Source: an uncultured Chloroflexia bacterium (GTDB lineage Bacteria; Chloroflexota; Chloroflexia; Thermomicrobiales; UBA6265). From it: a stretch of 64,000 nt of DNA. The translations under genes and the position numbers were made by a program. Below, piece by piece: positions 11,592 to 22,295 of this stretch (position 1 is its first letter; each line of letters opens with the position of its first letter). The notes beneath the pieces are model-generated. The model ran no database searches. It was not told where the DNA came from and saw only the letters and a list, made by a program, of their open reading frames with translations. The stretch is taken from positions 64,001-128,000 of the forward strand of contig CAVRUC010000011.1 in assembly GCA_963724295.1 (NCBI GenBank), given 5' to 3'.

Positions 11592-12128
11592 GTGCTGGCC
11601 TCTCTAGGCCCCGTCCTGGTCACCGCACTCGTGGGTGTCCTTGTCCTCGCAGGAAGGACAGAAACGCTGACTTCGGGTGTTCCTCCGCCTGGCGTAGGGC
11701 CACAGGCCCTGACTGCGGAGAGACCTCACTTCACGAGCCTTCGCCGGGACGGCTGGCTGGCGGACGCGGTGTGCTGGTGCGGTCGCCGTGTAGACCAGAC
11801 CGAAGACAGCCAGACGGTTGTCTCAGGGCATGGTGGGTCGGGCACGGTCACCCCGTCGGCGCCTCGCCACGCCTGGCCCGAGGCAGGGGGTCCGGAACGG
11901 CACGGGCCCGCGGGAACCGCTCCTGAGATCCGACCGCGGTCCCGGCTGGCAGCAACGTATCTGGAGACGGATCTGGCGAAGGGTGCGGGGGCGGTGTCCG
12001 CTCACGTGGGTACCAATCCCTTCCAACCGGACGGGTGGGACGTGCGCTGGGGTCTCATGGAGATGGCTGCCGCCCAGCGCCGTGACTGGACACGTCGATG
12101 CCCGTGTCGCGTGGAGCCGATGGCATGA
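11592..12128 (+). CDS. Hypothetical protein or degraded gene
   Basis: GGAG RBS before GTG and a hydrophobic N-terminus; no recognisable family. Confidence 0.2.
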   Translation: MLASLGPVLVTALVGVLVLAGRTETLTSGVPPPGVGPQALTAERPHFTSLRRDGWLADAVCWCGRRVDQTEDSQTVVSGHGGSGTVTPSAPRHAWPEAGGPERHGPAGTAPEIRPRSRLAATYLETDLAKGAGAVSAHVGTNPFQPDGWDVRWGLMEMAAAQRRDWTRRCPCRVEPMA

Positions 12129-12239
12129 TCGGCACGGATCCCAGTGCGAAATATCGGCACGCCGGCGTCTCATAAGGAGTCGTTTCTTAGACACCGTCTT
12201 GGGTGACGGGGAAGACTTGTCCTGAATCATAGCCCGCGC

Positions 12240-12267
12240 TTGACAAGTCTCGAATCGTCGGTAGAGT
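12240..12267 (+). promoter_or_regulatory. Sigma70-type promoter TTGACA-16-TAGAGT
   Basis: Consensus -35 and near-consensus -10 upstream of the three-gene flavoenzyme/hydrolase operon. Confidence 0.55.
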
Positions 12268-12504
12268 GAAGCTTCCTCAGGCACCTTGATCCCCGCCGTG
12301 ATCTCCGGATCGCCGCGACGGTGGGGGGAGCGAATGGCGAACCCGGCTGGGGCTCTTTCGGCCTGGCCGGGTCATGTCGCGTGACGCACATCTGGCCAGG
12401 TCAGGCCACGACGCCAGGCCCATCCGCTGCGGGAGGATCATCATGCGAGTTGCCATGGGCGAGAAGCGGACCGCTCCGCATCTCATCACACGCCGAACTG
12501 TCCG

Positions 12505-13755
12505 ATGAGCTCTCAGCCGACCGAGGTCGTCATTATTGGCGGCGGGCAGGCGGGGTTGGCCCTGAGCTTCTGCTTGACCGAGCAGGGCCGCTCGCACGTC
12601 GTGCTGGAGCAGGATCGGATCGTGGAGAGCTGGCGTAGCAAGCGATGGGATTCGCTGCGCCTGATTGCGCCGAACTGGTCACTGCGGCTGCCGGGATTCA
12701 CGTATGCCGGCGACGACCCCGATGGCTTCATGGACAAAGACGAGGTCGTCGCCCACCTCGAGACCTATGCTCGGTCGTTCGCCGCACCTGTTCGCGAAGG
12801 GGTGCGGGCGACGGCCGTCGAGCGCAGAGCGGCTGATCCGCACTTTCTGGTGCGGACCCAGGGCAACCCCTACATGGCATCGCAGGTGGTGCTGGCCACC
12901 GGGGCGTTGCAGCAGCCGCGTGTTCCAGCATGCGCCGCGCGGCTTCCGACGAACGTCATGCAGGTGGTGGCGCCGGCCTACCGCAACCCGCAGTCACTGC
13001 CGCCTGGCGCCGTCCTCGTTGTCGGCAGTGGGGAGACCGGCTGCCAGATCGCGGAGGAACTGGTCCGCGCGGGACGGAGGGTCTTTCTCGCGGGCGGTCG
13101 CAGCTGGTGGGCGCCACGCCGCTATCGGGGTCGCGACGCCGCCGCCTGGGGCCGGCTGTTGGGCTGGTTCGAGCGCTCGGTCGATGAGCTCCCGCCCGGG
13201 GTCCGTACCGGCCAATCCAATCCGCAATTGACCGGGAGTAATCGTGGGCACGATATCAGTGGTCACACCCTGGCTCGCGAGGGCGTGCGCCTGCTCGGCC
13301 GGCTGCAGGATGTCCGTGACGGGATCGCCTTTTTCGCCGCGGATCTGGCCGTCAATCTGGCGTGGGGCGACGAGCAGGCGCGGACCTGGCTGCAGGCTAT
13401 TGATGACCTGATCTCCCAACAAGGACTCGAGGCGCCCCCAGAGGGCTGGCCGCACGACCTCCGAGCGAACCAAGTCAGTCACCACCAGGCGCCGGCGGAG
13501 CTGGATCTGGCAGAGGTGGGGATCAGCACCGTGATCTGGGCGATGGGCTACCGCCCCGATTTGGAATGGGTCGGTCTCCCCATCCTGGATACGGACGGCT
13601 ACCCGATCCAGCGGCGGGGCGTGACGAGTGTGCCGGGTCTTTACATCCTCGGCCTGGACTGGTTGCACACCGCGAGGTCCGGCCTGTTCACCGGAGTCGG
13701 TGAGGATGCCGCCTACCTCGCGGCGCAGATCGCCGAACGAGCCAGCGCGGCCTGA
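12505..13755 (+). CDS. Flavin-dependent monooxygenase/oxidoreductase (CzcO / MSMEG_0569-like)
   Basis: GGGQAG, RWDSLRL, ATG, YRNP..LP.G.VLVVGSG.TGCQIAEEL, GVGEDA. Confidence 0.85.
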   Translation: MSSQPTEVVIIGGGQAGLALSFCLTEQGRSHVVLEQDRIVESWRSKRWDSLRLIAPNWSLRLPGFTYAGDDPDGFMDKDEVVAHLETYARSFAAPVREGVRATAVERRAADPHFLVRTQGNPYMASQVVLATGALQQPRVPACAARLPTNVMQVVAPAYRNPQSLPPGAVLVVGSGETGCQIAEELVRAGRRVFLAGGRSWWAPRRYRGRDAAAWGRLLGWFERSVDELPPGVRTGQSNPQLTGSNRGHDISGHTLAREGVRLLGRLQDVRDGIAFFAADLAVNLAWGDEQARTWLQAIDDLISQQGLEAPPEGWPHDLRANQVSHHQAPAELDLAEVGISTVIWAMGYRPDLEWVGLPILDTDGYPIQRRGVTSVPGLYILGLDWLHTARSGLFTGVGEDAAYLAAQIAERASAA

Positions 13756-13854
13756 GGCCATCCGCGAAACGCCGCTTCTCGACGCGATTGGGCGATGCGA
13801 ACGCGGCGAAGTGTCTCTCGGAAACGAACGTTGGACTCACGTACGGAGCACGAC

Positions 13855-14820
13855 ATGGTGGCGGTCAGCACGCGCGCACTCAAGGTCGGCCTGCTGCTCC
13901 CGCACTGGGAAGGCTCGCTTGACGGCGCTACCCCTGTCTGGGGGGATATCCTGGCTATCGCCCGGCAGGCCGAGGCGGTCGGCTTCGACTCGCTGTGGGT
14001 CGTCGACCACCTCCTCTTCCGTCGCGACGAGATGATGGAGCATTTCGGCCTGCCTGTCCCGCCAGCTCTGGCTGGCTTGCCTCCTATCGGCTGCTGGGAA
14101 GGCTGGTCGGTGCTGGCCGCCATTGCGGCAACCACCTCACGGGTGGAGCTGGGCACGCTGGTGGCTTGTGCCGGCTATCGCAACCCAGCGTTGCTCGCGA
14201 AGATGGCCGATGCGCTCGAAGAGATCAGTGGCGGCCGCCTGATCCTGGGATTGGGGACGGGCGACTCCATCTTCGAGCACCAGACATTTGGCTATCCGAC
14301 AGATCATCGGGTCAGCCGATTCGAGGAAGCGCTGGCCATCGTCTATCCTTTGCTTCGCTCTGGCCGCGTCGATTTCAGCGGGACCTATTACCAGGCCCAA
14401 GCGTGTGAGCTGCGTCCACGCGGTCCGCGCCCGGACGGGCCGCCGATCGTCATCGCGGGGACCGGTCCCCGCATGCTGCGGCTGACGGCCCAGTATGCCG
14501 ATGGCTGGAACGGCTGGTTGGCCTATGGGCGCAGCCAGCCCGATGTGCTGCCACCATTGCGGGAGAAAGTCGATGCGGCGTGCCGGGAGGTGGGTCGAGA
14601 TCCGGCAACACTGACTCGGTCAGTGGGAGCGCGGGTCGCCCTGCTCGGTCGCAGCGCGCCCGGAGCCGAACCGGTCTGTGGCTCGGTACAGGAGATAGTC
14701 GCAGGATTGCGGGCGTTTGCCGACGAAGGGGTGACGCATCTCCAGGTCGCCCTCGCGCCGAGTACGTTGGCCGGGATCGAAGCTTTCGCGCCGGTGTTGG
14801 AGTTGCTGGACAGCGGTTAG
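13855..14820 (+). CDS. LLM-class (luciferase-like) flavin/F420-dependent oxidoreductase
   Basis: AEAVGFDSLWVVDH, RNPALLAKMA, SGGRLILGLG, ADGWN. Confidence 0.88.
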   Translation: MVAVSTRALKVGLLLPHWEGSLDGATPVWGDILAIARQAEAVGFDSLWVVDHLLFRRDEMMEHFGLPVPPALAGLPPIGCWEGWSVLAAIAATTSRVELGTLVACAGYRNPALLAKMADALEEISGGRLILGLGTGDSIFEHQTFGYPTDHRVSRFEEALAIVYPLLRSGRVDFSGTYYQAQACELRPRGPRPDGPPIVIAGTGPRMLRLTAQYADGWNGWLAYGRSQPDVLPPLREKVDAACREVGRDPATLTRSVGARVALLGRSAPGAEPVCGSVQEIVAGLRAFADEGVTHLQVALAPSTLAGIEAFAPVLELLDSG

Positions 14821-14894
14821 CCCGCGTCGGTCCGGCTCACCGGCGAGTCCAATACCCTGATCTTCCGAATCGGGCTGCCCGCGAAGGAGAGTTT

Positions 14895-15674
14895 ATGTCC
14901 AGCTGCTCGTACGAGGTGTATGTCCTCAAGTACGCGGAGAGCATGGCTCCGCACGGCACGCGGTTCTACGGCAACGATCCGCACGACGGACCGACGCCCA
15001 TGGATTTCTTCGTCTGGGCCGCTGTTTCGCCGGAGCGTACCGTCGCCATCGACTGCGGCTTCACCGCCGAAACCGCGGCACGGCGACGTCGCCGCTTTCT
15101 GCACACCCCAGCCGAGGGGTTGCGGCAGCTCGGTATCGCCAGCGAGACCATCCAGCATGTCATTCTGACCCACTTCCACAACGACCATATCGGGAACGTC
15201 GCCGACTTTCCGAACGCGAGCTTTGTCGTGCAGGACCGGGAGATGGCCTTCTGGACTGGCCGCTACGCCAGCAAAGGCGGCTTCCTCTGGGTCGTGGAGC
15301 CGGAGGACATTCTGGAGCTCGTTCGCCAGAACTTCGCCGGTCGCCTCCGCTTCGTCGATGGGGCAGCGGAGATCGTGCCGGGAATCACCGTTCACCACGT
15401 CGGTGGTCACGCGGCGGGACTGCAGATCGTCTGCGTCGAGACCGCGCGTGGCCGGGTCGTCCTGGCCTCGGATGCGGCGCATTACTACGCCAATATCGAC
15501 GAGGATCGCCCCTTCCGCATCGTGAGCGACCTACCCCGGATGTACGACGCCTTCGAGACAATCCGCACCCTGGCCGACTCGCCCGACCACATCATTCCCG
15601 GTCACGATCCGCTGGTGTTGACGCGCTACCCCGCGGTGCCGGGTCTGGAGGGCATCGCGGCGCGGCTGGCCTAG
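14895..15674 (+). CDS. Metallo-beta-lactamase-fold hydrolase, AHL-lactonase-like
   Basis: THFHNDHIG, GGH, LASDAAHYY and IIPGHDP motifs; AAGGAG RBS. Confidence 0.82.
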   Translation: MSSCSYEVYVLKYAESMAPHGTRFYGNDPHDGPTPMDFFVWAAVSPERTVAIDCGFTAETAARRRRRFLHTPAEGLRQLGIASETIQHVILTHFHNDHIGNVADFPNASFVVQDREMAFWTGRYASKGGFLWVVEPEDILELVRQNFAGRLRFVDGAAEIVPGITVHHVGGHAAGLQIVCVETARGRVVLASDAAHYYANIDEDRPFRIVSDLPRMYDAFETIRTLADSPDHIIPGHDPLVLTRYPAVPGLEGIAARLA

Positions 15675-15955
15675 TCCCTACCCGGTTAGTGTTAAGCCCT
15701 TGTAGTTCCTGGCCGCGACGGCATCGCCGTGCTTCCGATAGGCGCCGATGAAGATAGAGGTGGGTTCTCCGGAGGACGACAGGTCGGGCGAGGGGGATCT
15801 CAGGCAGCGACGGTAGCGGCAGCGCCCCACCCGCTGCACGTCGGGTAGCCATACTGTCTCAGCAGGTGCTCACACCACGTGTATAGTCTAACGAAGCAGT
15901 AACAAGTCGCGAACGTCGTCTCGGAATGCCGAACTTCGCAAGGAGCGCCCCCGCC

Positions 15956-17152
15956 ATGTCTGAACTGTCGGCACACGAACAGCTCGACCGCCGCGGCTTC
16001 ATCTCCGCCGCCATCGGCGCGTCAGCGGCATTGACCACGAGCATGATGCCGGCATCGGCCGAAACGGGGACCGCAACCCCTGTTCCCGGCATGGGTGGGA
16101 CGGCCTACACCGGCGACATGATCGCGGGCAAGCCGGTGGTCACCGCCCTTGACGTCGGGGATCTCGAGCCCGGCCAGAAGCATCTGCTCTATTTCCAGGG
16201 CGTGCAGACGCCCGCTGGCCAGCATCACTACGTCTCGGTGATGGTCGCCAAGGGTGCACAGCCCGGCCCGCGCGTGGCCCTGATCAGCGGCGTGCATGGC
16301 GACGAGATCAGTTCGATCCGCACCGTGCAGCGCGTTATGGAGGACCTCGATCCGGCTGAGATGGCCGGGACGGTGCTGGCGGTCTTCGACGTGTCGCGCC
16401 CTGCCCTGATCAATTTGCAGCGCCGGTGGCCCAACACCGGCCGCGGCTTTAGCCTGATCGACATCAACCGCGAATGGCCCGGCAACGCGAACGGCGGCAC
16501 CGCCTCGTCCCGACACGCGGCCTTGGTCTTCAGTCAGCTCCTTGCACCCAACGCCGACTACGCCATCGACTTCCACACGGCGGCAACCGGCATGGACATG
16601 GTCGACTGCCTCCTGGCGCCCCTGGACCAGCCGGAGGTGCGCGCCATGGCCGAGCTCTTCCCGATCCGGCAGATTTGGGACTTTGCCGGCTACCCGGGAT
16701 TGCTGCCCGTTGCCCTCGCCGACATCGGCATCCCGACCTTCACGCCCGAAATCGGGGCCGCGCGCATCGTCGACCAGGAGATGATCGCCGCCTTCGTGGA
16801 GGGGACGCTGAACGTCCTGAAGCATTACGGCATCGTTCCGGGCTCAATCGGACGCACCGGCACGGACACCGCCGCCTTCGTCGGAGACGGCATGCACGTC
16901 GTGGCGGCAAGCGAAGGCGGCTTCGTCGAGGTGCTGATTGGGTTGGATGAGGAGGTCTCGCCCGGCCAGGCGGTCGCGACCCAGCGCAACGCGTTCGGCG
17001 AGGTCGTGGCGGACTATGCGACCGACACGGGCGGCCGGGTCACGGCGGTCCGCACGGACGCGACGGCGGAGCCGGGCGATCCGCTCGTCTTCATCCTCTT
17101 CGACTCGACTGCACCGCAAGAGCAGGACGCGGCCGAAGTCATGCCTGAGTGA
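15956..17152 (+). CDS. Tat-exported succinylglutamate desuccinylase/aspartoacylase (M14-like) family protein
   Basis: DRRGFI Tat motif; GVHGDE, DINREWPG, IDFHT and TPEIG motifs. Confidence 0.82.
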   Translation: MSELSAHEQLDRRGFISAAIGASAALTTSMMPASAETGTATPVPGMGGTAYTGDMIAGKPVVTALDVGDLEPGQKHLLYFQGVQTPAGQHHYVSVMVAKGAQPGPRVALISGVHGDEISSIRTVQRVMEDLDPAEMAGTVLAVFDVSRPALINLQRRWPNTGRGFSLIDINREWPGNANGGTASSRHAALVFSQLLAPNADYAIDFHTAATGMDMVDCLLAPLDQPEVRAMAELFPIRQIWDFAGYPGLLPVALADIGIPTFTPEIGAARIVDQEMIAAFVEGTLNVLKHYGIVPGSIGRTGTDTAAFVGDGMHVVAASEGGFVEVLIGLDEEVSPGQAVATQRNAFGEVVADYATDTGGRVTAVRTDATAEPGDPLVFILFDSTAPQEQDAAEVMPE

Positions 17153-17203
17153 TACGCGCGGCAGAATCCGCCTTCCGGCAATGATGGTCGGCGCGCTCAG
17201 TCC

Positions 17204-18871
17204 TTACCGGGTTAGCGTGAAGCCGTCGTAGTTCTTGGCTGCGACGGCTTCGCAGTGCTTCCGGTAGGCGCCGACCCCGCCGACGTAGGGCATGAAGATG
17301 CGCGGCTTGCCGGGGATGTTGGCCCCGGTGTACCAGGACCTGGCCAGCGGATAGAGCGTGGCGTTCGCCACCTCGTTGACGTGGGCCACCCAGGCATCTT
17401 CCGCCGCTGGGGTCGCCTCGATCGTCTGAAGGTCGTGGGACTGCAGGTGCGCGAGACAATCGGCGATCCAGTCGACGTGCTGCTCGATGGAGACCATCAT
17501 GTTGCTGATGACGGACGGGCTGCCGGGCCCGGTGACGGTGAAGAGGTTGGGAAAGCCGGCGATCGCGATCCCGAGGTAGGTGCGAGGTCCGTCGGTCCAC
17601 CTCTGCCGCAGCGTGCTGCCGTCCCGGCCGCGAATATCGATGTTGAGCAAGGCGCCGGTCATGGCGTCGAAGCCGGTGGCGAAGACGATGCTGTCGAACT
17701 CGTGCTCGGCGGCCCGGGTGCGCACACCCCGTGGGGTGATCGCCTCGATCGGATCGCCGCGGAGATCGACCAGGGTCACGTTGTCGCGGTTGAAGGTGTC
17801 GTAGTAGTCGGTGTCGACGCAGATCCGTTTGGTGCCCAGCGGAAAGTCCCTGGGGGCGAGCGCCTCGGCGACCTCTGGATCGCGAACGATGGCGCGAATC
17901 TTGGCCCGGAAGAACTCGGCGGCGGTGTCGTTGGCCTCCTGCCGCGTGAGGAGGTCCGTGTACGCCGCGGCGAAGCCGAGACCACCGCGCTGCCAGCGCA
18001 TCTCGTACTCGCGCTGCCGCTCCTCGGGCGGTACCGCCAGGGCGGACGTGTGGTTGACGGGAACGACGAAACCAACGCGCGACTCGCGGGCCCGGCGGCG
18101 GAACTCCGCGTAGTCCTCTTTCACCCGGCCCTCGTATGCCGGATCCAGCGGAGCGTTTCGCGCGGGCACGCTGAAGTTCGGTGTGCGCTGGAACACCACC
18201 AGCGAAGCGGCCTGCCGGGCGATGATCGGGATGGACTGGATCGCGGAGGAGCCCGTACCGATGACGCCGACGCGCTGGCCGGTGAAGTCCACGTCCGTCT
18301 GCGGCCAGTGGCTGGTGTGATAGGTCGTGCCCGCGAAGCTCTCCAGACCCGGGAAGGCCGGGATCCTGGAGGTCGACAGGCATCCCGTGGCCATGATGCA
18401 GAAGCGGGCCGACACATGGTCGCCGCGGTCGGTCTCGATCTGCCACCGGTTCGCCGCCTCGTCGAAGCGCGCGGCGGTCACCCGCGTCTCGAGCTGAATG
18501 TCGCGCCGGAGGTCGAAGCGGTCGGCGACGTGCTCGACGTACCTCAGGATCTCGGGCTGGGAGGCATACCGCTCCGTCCAGTGCCATTCCTGCTGGAGCT
18601 CGTCGGAGAAGGAATAGGAGTAGTCCATGCTCTCGACGTCGCAGCGGGCGCCGGGGTAGCGGTTCCAGTACCAGGTGCCGCCGATACCGCCGCCCGCTTC
18701 GTAGACCCGCGCCGACAGACCGAGACCGCGTAGACGGTAGAGCATGTACAAGCCGGCGAACCCGGCGCCGACGATGACCGCGTCGAAGTCGCTGATCTGG
18801 CTGAGACCCACATCTCCCAACTCAGGCACACGATGAGCCGCATCCGTCACATGCCCTGCTCGTGGAATCAC
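17204..18871 (-). CDS. Type I Baeyer-Villiger monooxygenase (start uncertain)
   Basis: GAGFAG, GGTWYWNRYPGARCD, FAGTTYHTSHWP fingerprint (FxGxxxHxxxWP), GTGSSAIQ, ATGF. Confidence 0.92.
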   Translation of the reverse strand: MIPRAGHVTDAAHRVPELGDVGLSQISDFDAVIVGAGFAGLYMLYRLRGLGLSARVYEAGGGIGGTWYWNRYPGARCDVESMDYSYSFSDELQQEWHWTERYASQPEILRYVEHVADRFDLRRDIQLETRVTAARFDEAANRWQIETDRGDHVSARFCIMATGCLSTSRIPAFPGLESFAGTTYHTSHWPQTDVDFTGQRVGVIGTGSSAIQSIPIIARQAASLVVFQRTPNFSVPARNAPLDPAYEGRVKEDYAEFRRRARESRVGFVVPVNHTSALAVPPEERQREYEMRWQRGGLGFAAAYTDLLTRQEANDTAAEFFRAKIRAIVRDPEVAEALAPRDFPLGTKRICVDTDYYDTFNRDNVTLVDLRGDPIEAITPRGVRTRAAEHEFDSIVFATGFDAMTGALLNIDIRGRDGSTLRQRWTDGPRTYLGIAIAGFPNLFTVTGPGSPSVISNMMVSIEQHVDWIADCLAHLQSHDLQTIEATPAAEDAWVAHVNEVANATLYPLARSWYTGANIPGKPRIFMPYVGGVGAYRKHCEAVAAKNYDGFTLTR

Positions 18872-18899
18872 TTCGGCCTCTCGCGTGCGACCCAGGATC

Positions 18900-21262
18900 C
18901 TGTGGTTGATACATGTGTTGGCCACGGCCTGGGCCTGCGTAATGGCCTCTTCGACCGTCAGCGTGCGACCCGCCTCTCGGGCGGCGGCGAGTCGTTCCTC
19001 GCCCAACGCCGCGGTCAGCGCGCTCAGGCAACGATCGCGAACTGGTTGGTCTCTGGGGAAGATCGGGGCGCCGAAGGAACGCCCATCGCCTCCGCGGCGC
19101 CAAGGAGACGCGCCCGTTGTCAGGTCTCCCGGATGTCGGCGGCAACCCCGCCAGACCGAGCAGCGCGCTGACCACGAGCAACGAAATGCCAGAGTCTCGG
19201 GCTCGGTTGAGACTTTTCACGTAGAGCGCTGTCGCCTCTATCGCGTTCCCCGCGCAGTAGTTGACTCCGGCCAGCCCGATCTGCGCATCGATCGGCCCCC
19301 AGGCGAAGCCTACCCGCCTCATGGCGTCCAGGCGTCTTCGTACCGCCTCGCCGCTTGGTCGAACTGCTCCTGGGCCAGGCCGATATCCCCGAGGGTAAGG
19401 AGCGCGATGCCGTCGGCCGGAATCGCATCTGGCATGCTGTCATCGAGTCCGCACAGCAGCTCGAAGCGCCTCGTCGAGCAGCGCTTCGGACCGGCCCATA
19501 GTCGCCTCGCCGGTACGACGAGAAATCCTGCGAAGCCGAGCGCTCCGCCAATCAGCAACGGGTCACCAAGCTCCCGCGCCAGCGCGAGGCGTTCGGTGAG
19601 GAACCTGTCGGCCCGAGCATAGTCGCCCTGGAAGGCCGCCAGGTGTCCCGCAGCGGTCAGCGCCTGGATGCGAGGCGTTGACGCCTTTGAGCTGGAGAGG
19701 CTCAGTGCGCGTTCAACCCACTGCAAGCCCTCGCGGTGCAGGCCGGGAGCGAGCCAGATTCCATTGAGCAGCACGCTCAACCGCAGGAGCGCGTCGGCGT
19801 CACCGTGTTCGTCGAACCAGGTGAGGGCGAGGCGCACATTATCTTGCTCGGATGCCAACCCTGTCTGATACTCCATGCATCCGGAAGCCATGTGCAAGTT
19901 TTCAGCGAAGCGCAGGAAGTAGTCCGCATGCCGCTGCCTCGCCTCGGCTGCTTCCCCAGCTGCCGCTAGTTGCTCGAGTCCGAACTCGCGCACAATTTCG
20001 AGCATCTGGTAGCGCGGTTCGTCGTCAGCCCCAGGTATCTGCCGGAGCAGGCTCTGCTCGACGAGGGCGACGACTCCGTCGAGGATGGAGATCTGCCCGG
20101 CAGAATCGGCCACCGCTTCTGCCGCCTCCAACGTGAAGCCTCCGGCAAAGACCGACAGGAGCCGGAAGAGTCGTTGTTCTTCGGGCGCAAGCAGGTCGTA
20201 GCTCCAGGCGATCGCATCGCGCATGGTGCGCTGCCGGGCTGGCAGATCGCGTCCGCCGCCGGTCAGCAAAGGCAGCCGCTGCTCGAGCCGGGCGAGCAGC
20301 GCCGCCGGCGGGAGCAGCCTTGATCCGGGCAGCGGCGAGCTCGATGGCCAGCGGCAAGCCGTCAAGGCGTTGGCAGATGCCGGCGACGGCGAGTGCATTC
20401 TCCGCGGTGAGCGTCGAAGCCGGCGCTCGCCGCCTGCGCCCGCTCGACAAAGAGCGCCACCGCGGGAACATGCTCCAGGTCAGTGAGCGGCGGCAGCCGG
20501 TCTGGATCAGGGATGGGCAACGGCGCCACAGCGATCTCGCGCTCGGCCCGAATGTGCAGCGGCTCCCGGGTCGTGGCCAGTATGCAGAGGTTCGGGCAGG
20601 CTGCCAGCAGAGTGGCGATGTCAGACGCGACCTCCAGCACCTGCTCGCAGTTGTCGAGTACCAGCAGGAGACGGCGCTCCCGCAGATGCCCGAGGACGGT
20701 TTCCCGCGGCGGCTCGTCAGCGGTTTCGCGCATACCGAGTGCGGCGGCAATAGCCGGCACGACGAGGGACGGATCGGTAATTGGAGCCAGATCGACAAAG
20801 AAGACGCCGTCCGGGTAGTGATCCACCACCTCGACAGCGACCGCCTGTGCCAGGTGGGTCTTCCCCGTCCCGCCAGGACCGGTGAGGGTGACGAGGCGAA
20901 CGTCATCCTGCGCTAGGAGGTCCGGACAGCGCCGCCATCTCGGCCTCCCGGCCGATCAGGCGGGTGGGCGGAAGCGGGAGCGTCGCCGACACGGTAGAGC
21001 GAGTGCGCGGCGTGGCTACGGGAGGCGTCTCAGGGCGTGCCGCGGCGAGGAGACCCGTGCGCTCATTCTCCCCAAGCCCGAGAGCCCCGGCGAGCATGCG
21101 CACCGTCTCCAGCCGTGGCGCGCGGTGCACGCCCCGCTCCAGATCGCTGAGCGCCCGCACGCTCACCCCCGCGCGCTCGGCCAGTTCCTCCTGGGAGAGG
21201 GCCGCCGCCGTACGGTGCCGCCGCAGCAGATTGCCGAAGCCGGGAAGATCGCGTGTTGCCAT
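18900..21262 (-). CDS. XRE-HTH / STAND ATPase / TPR regulator, copy 3 (several frameshifts; 3' end approximate)
   Basis: FGNLLRRHRTAAALSQEELAERAG; GPGGTGKT; LVLDNCEQ; RYQMLEIVREFG; tail AAREAGRTLTVEEAI. Confidence 0.8.
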
Positions 21263-21360
21263 GCCAACCTGGTTCCCACGGAATTTCACGTCAAAGCTGC
21301 CGTGCAGGGGCTCGATGCGCATCGTAGCACCCGGTCAGCAGGATGAGTTCTGACCTTCTG

Positions 21361-21404
21361 CCGGTGAAGCGTGGGTGAAAGGTGGGCGAGAGGTCGGTAG
21401 AAGG
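21361..21404. promoter_or_regulatory. Degenerate 11-bp periodic repeat x4; candidate operator
   Basis: CCGGTGAAGCG / TGGGTGAAAGG / TGGGCGAGAGG / TCGGTAGAAGG, 99 bp upstream of regulator 3. Confidence 0.5.
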
Positions 21405-21491
21405 CGTGGCCGATCACCTGCCACGGGCGCACTCTGGAAGCGTGCCAGGACGAGGCTGGCATACGAACCAGAGAGACAGCGGAGGCACGCC

Positions 21492-21752
21492 ATGTTCCCC
21501 CATGCCGACACGGTCTACACGATCAATTCCCTGGACTACCCAGAGCGGCTGCGACACGCGGCCAGCCAGCGACTCGCCGCCGGCGCGCAGGTGAATAAGC
21601 ACCCGTCACTGTCCGTGCCAGCATCGGCCCACCGGGTCGCGGCAACCCTGGTCGGCGGGTTGCTGATGCGATGGCGCGGCGCAAATCGGGTGCGGCTGTC
21701 ACGTCCGCGAACGACTGGCTGGGCGCTGCCGGCACGCGACGAAGGCTTCTGA
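21492..21752 (+). CDS. Small hypothetical protein divergent from regulator 3
   Basis: GGAGG RBS and ATG; located downstream of the repeats. Confidence 0.5.
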   Translation: MFPHADTVYTINSLDYPERLRHAASQRLAAGAQVNKHPSLSVPASAHRVAATLVGGLLMRWRGANRVRLSRPRTTGWALPARDEGF

Positions 21753-21897
21753 GACATCAGCCGGGGGAGACCAATCTGCATCGTGCGGCGTCATTCCTGA
21801 AGGAGTACGCGCCAGGAAGCACCCCTCTGCCCCCTATACTCCCCGGTGCCACAACGCTCCAATGTTCCCGATGCCACGCCACCAAGAGAGGCCGAAC

Positions 21898-22295
21898 ATG
21901 TCGACGCTCAAGGACGGGACTGCGCTCTACGAGGTGGAACGCCGCGTCCGCTACGCCGAGCGGCCAGGCTTTCGCATTACTGAACTGCAGATCGGGCCGA
22001 TCCAAGAGATCCCCTGGCACTCGCACAACGAGGCCCAGGACACCTTCTACGTGCTCGAGGGGGAGATCCTCCTCTCCTTGCGTGAGCCGAGGAGGGGGTG
22101 CGGCTGCGGCCCGGAGAGATCTACGCCGTACTTCCCGGTCGTCCTCATCGGGTGACGAACGGCGGCACCAGCTCCGCCACCTTCCTGGTCCTCCAGGGTG
22201 GCGCCTATGACTACGTCCCTCAGAGCAAATATCCGGTTTCAAAAGTAACTAGCCGATCCCCGGCTGACCAGCGTCGGGGAGGCGGGCGCGTGTAA
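21898..22295 (+). CDS. Cupin-domain protein (frameshift near 22095)
   Basis: PWHSH...DTFYVLEG and PGRPHRVTN cupin motifs in two frames. Confidence 0.75.

Noticed and set aside
12390..12420. SRP RNA (GGTCAGG)
   Set aside because: Lacks the following CCGGAAGGAAGCAG motif
3376..21262. STAND-TPR genes as Avs/NLR-like antiphage systems
   Set aside because: The N-terminal domain is an XRE HTH rather than a nuclease/TIR/SIR2 effector, and the divergent-target layout fits transcription regulators
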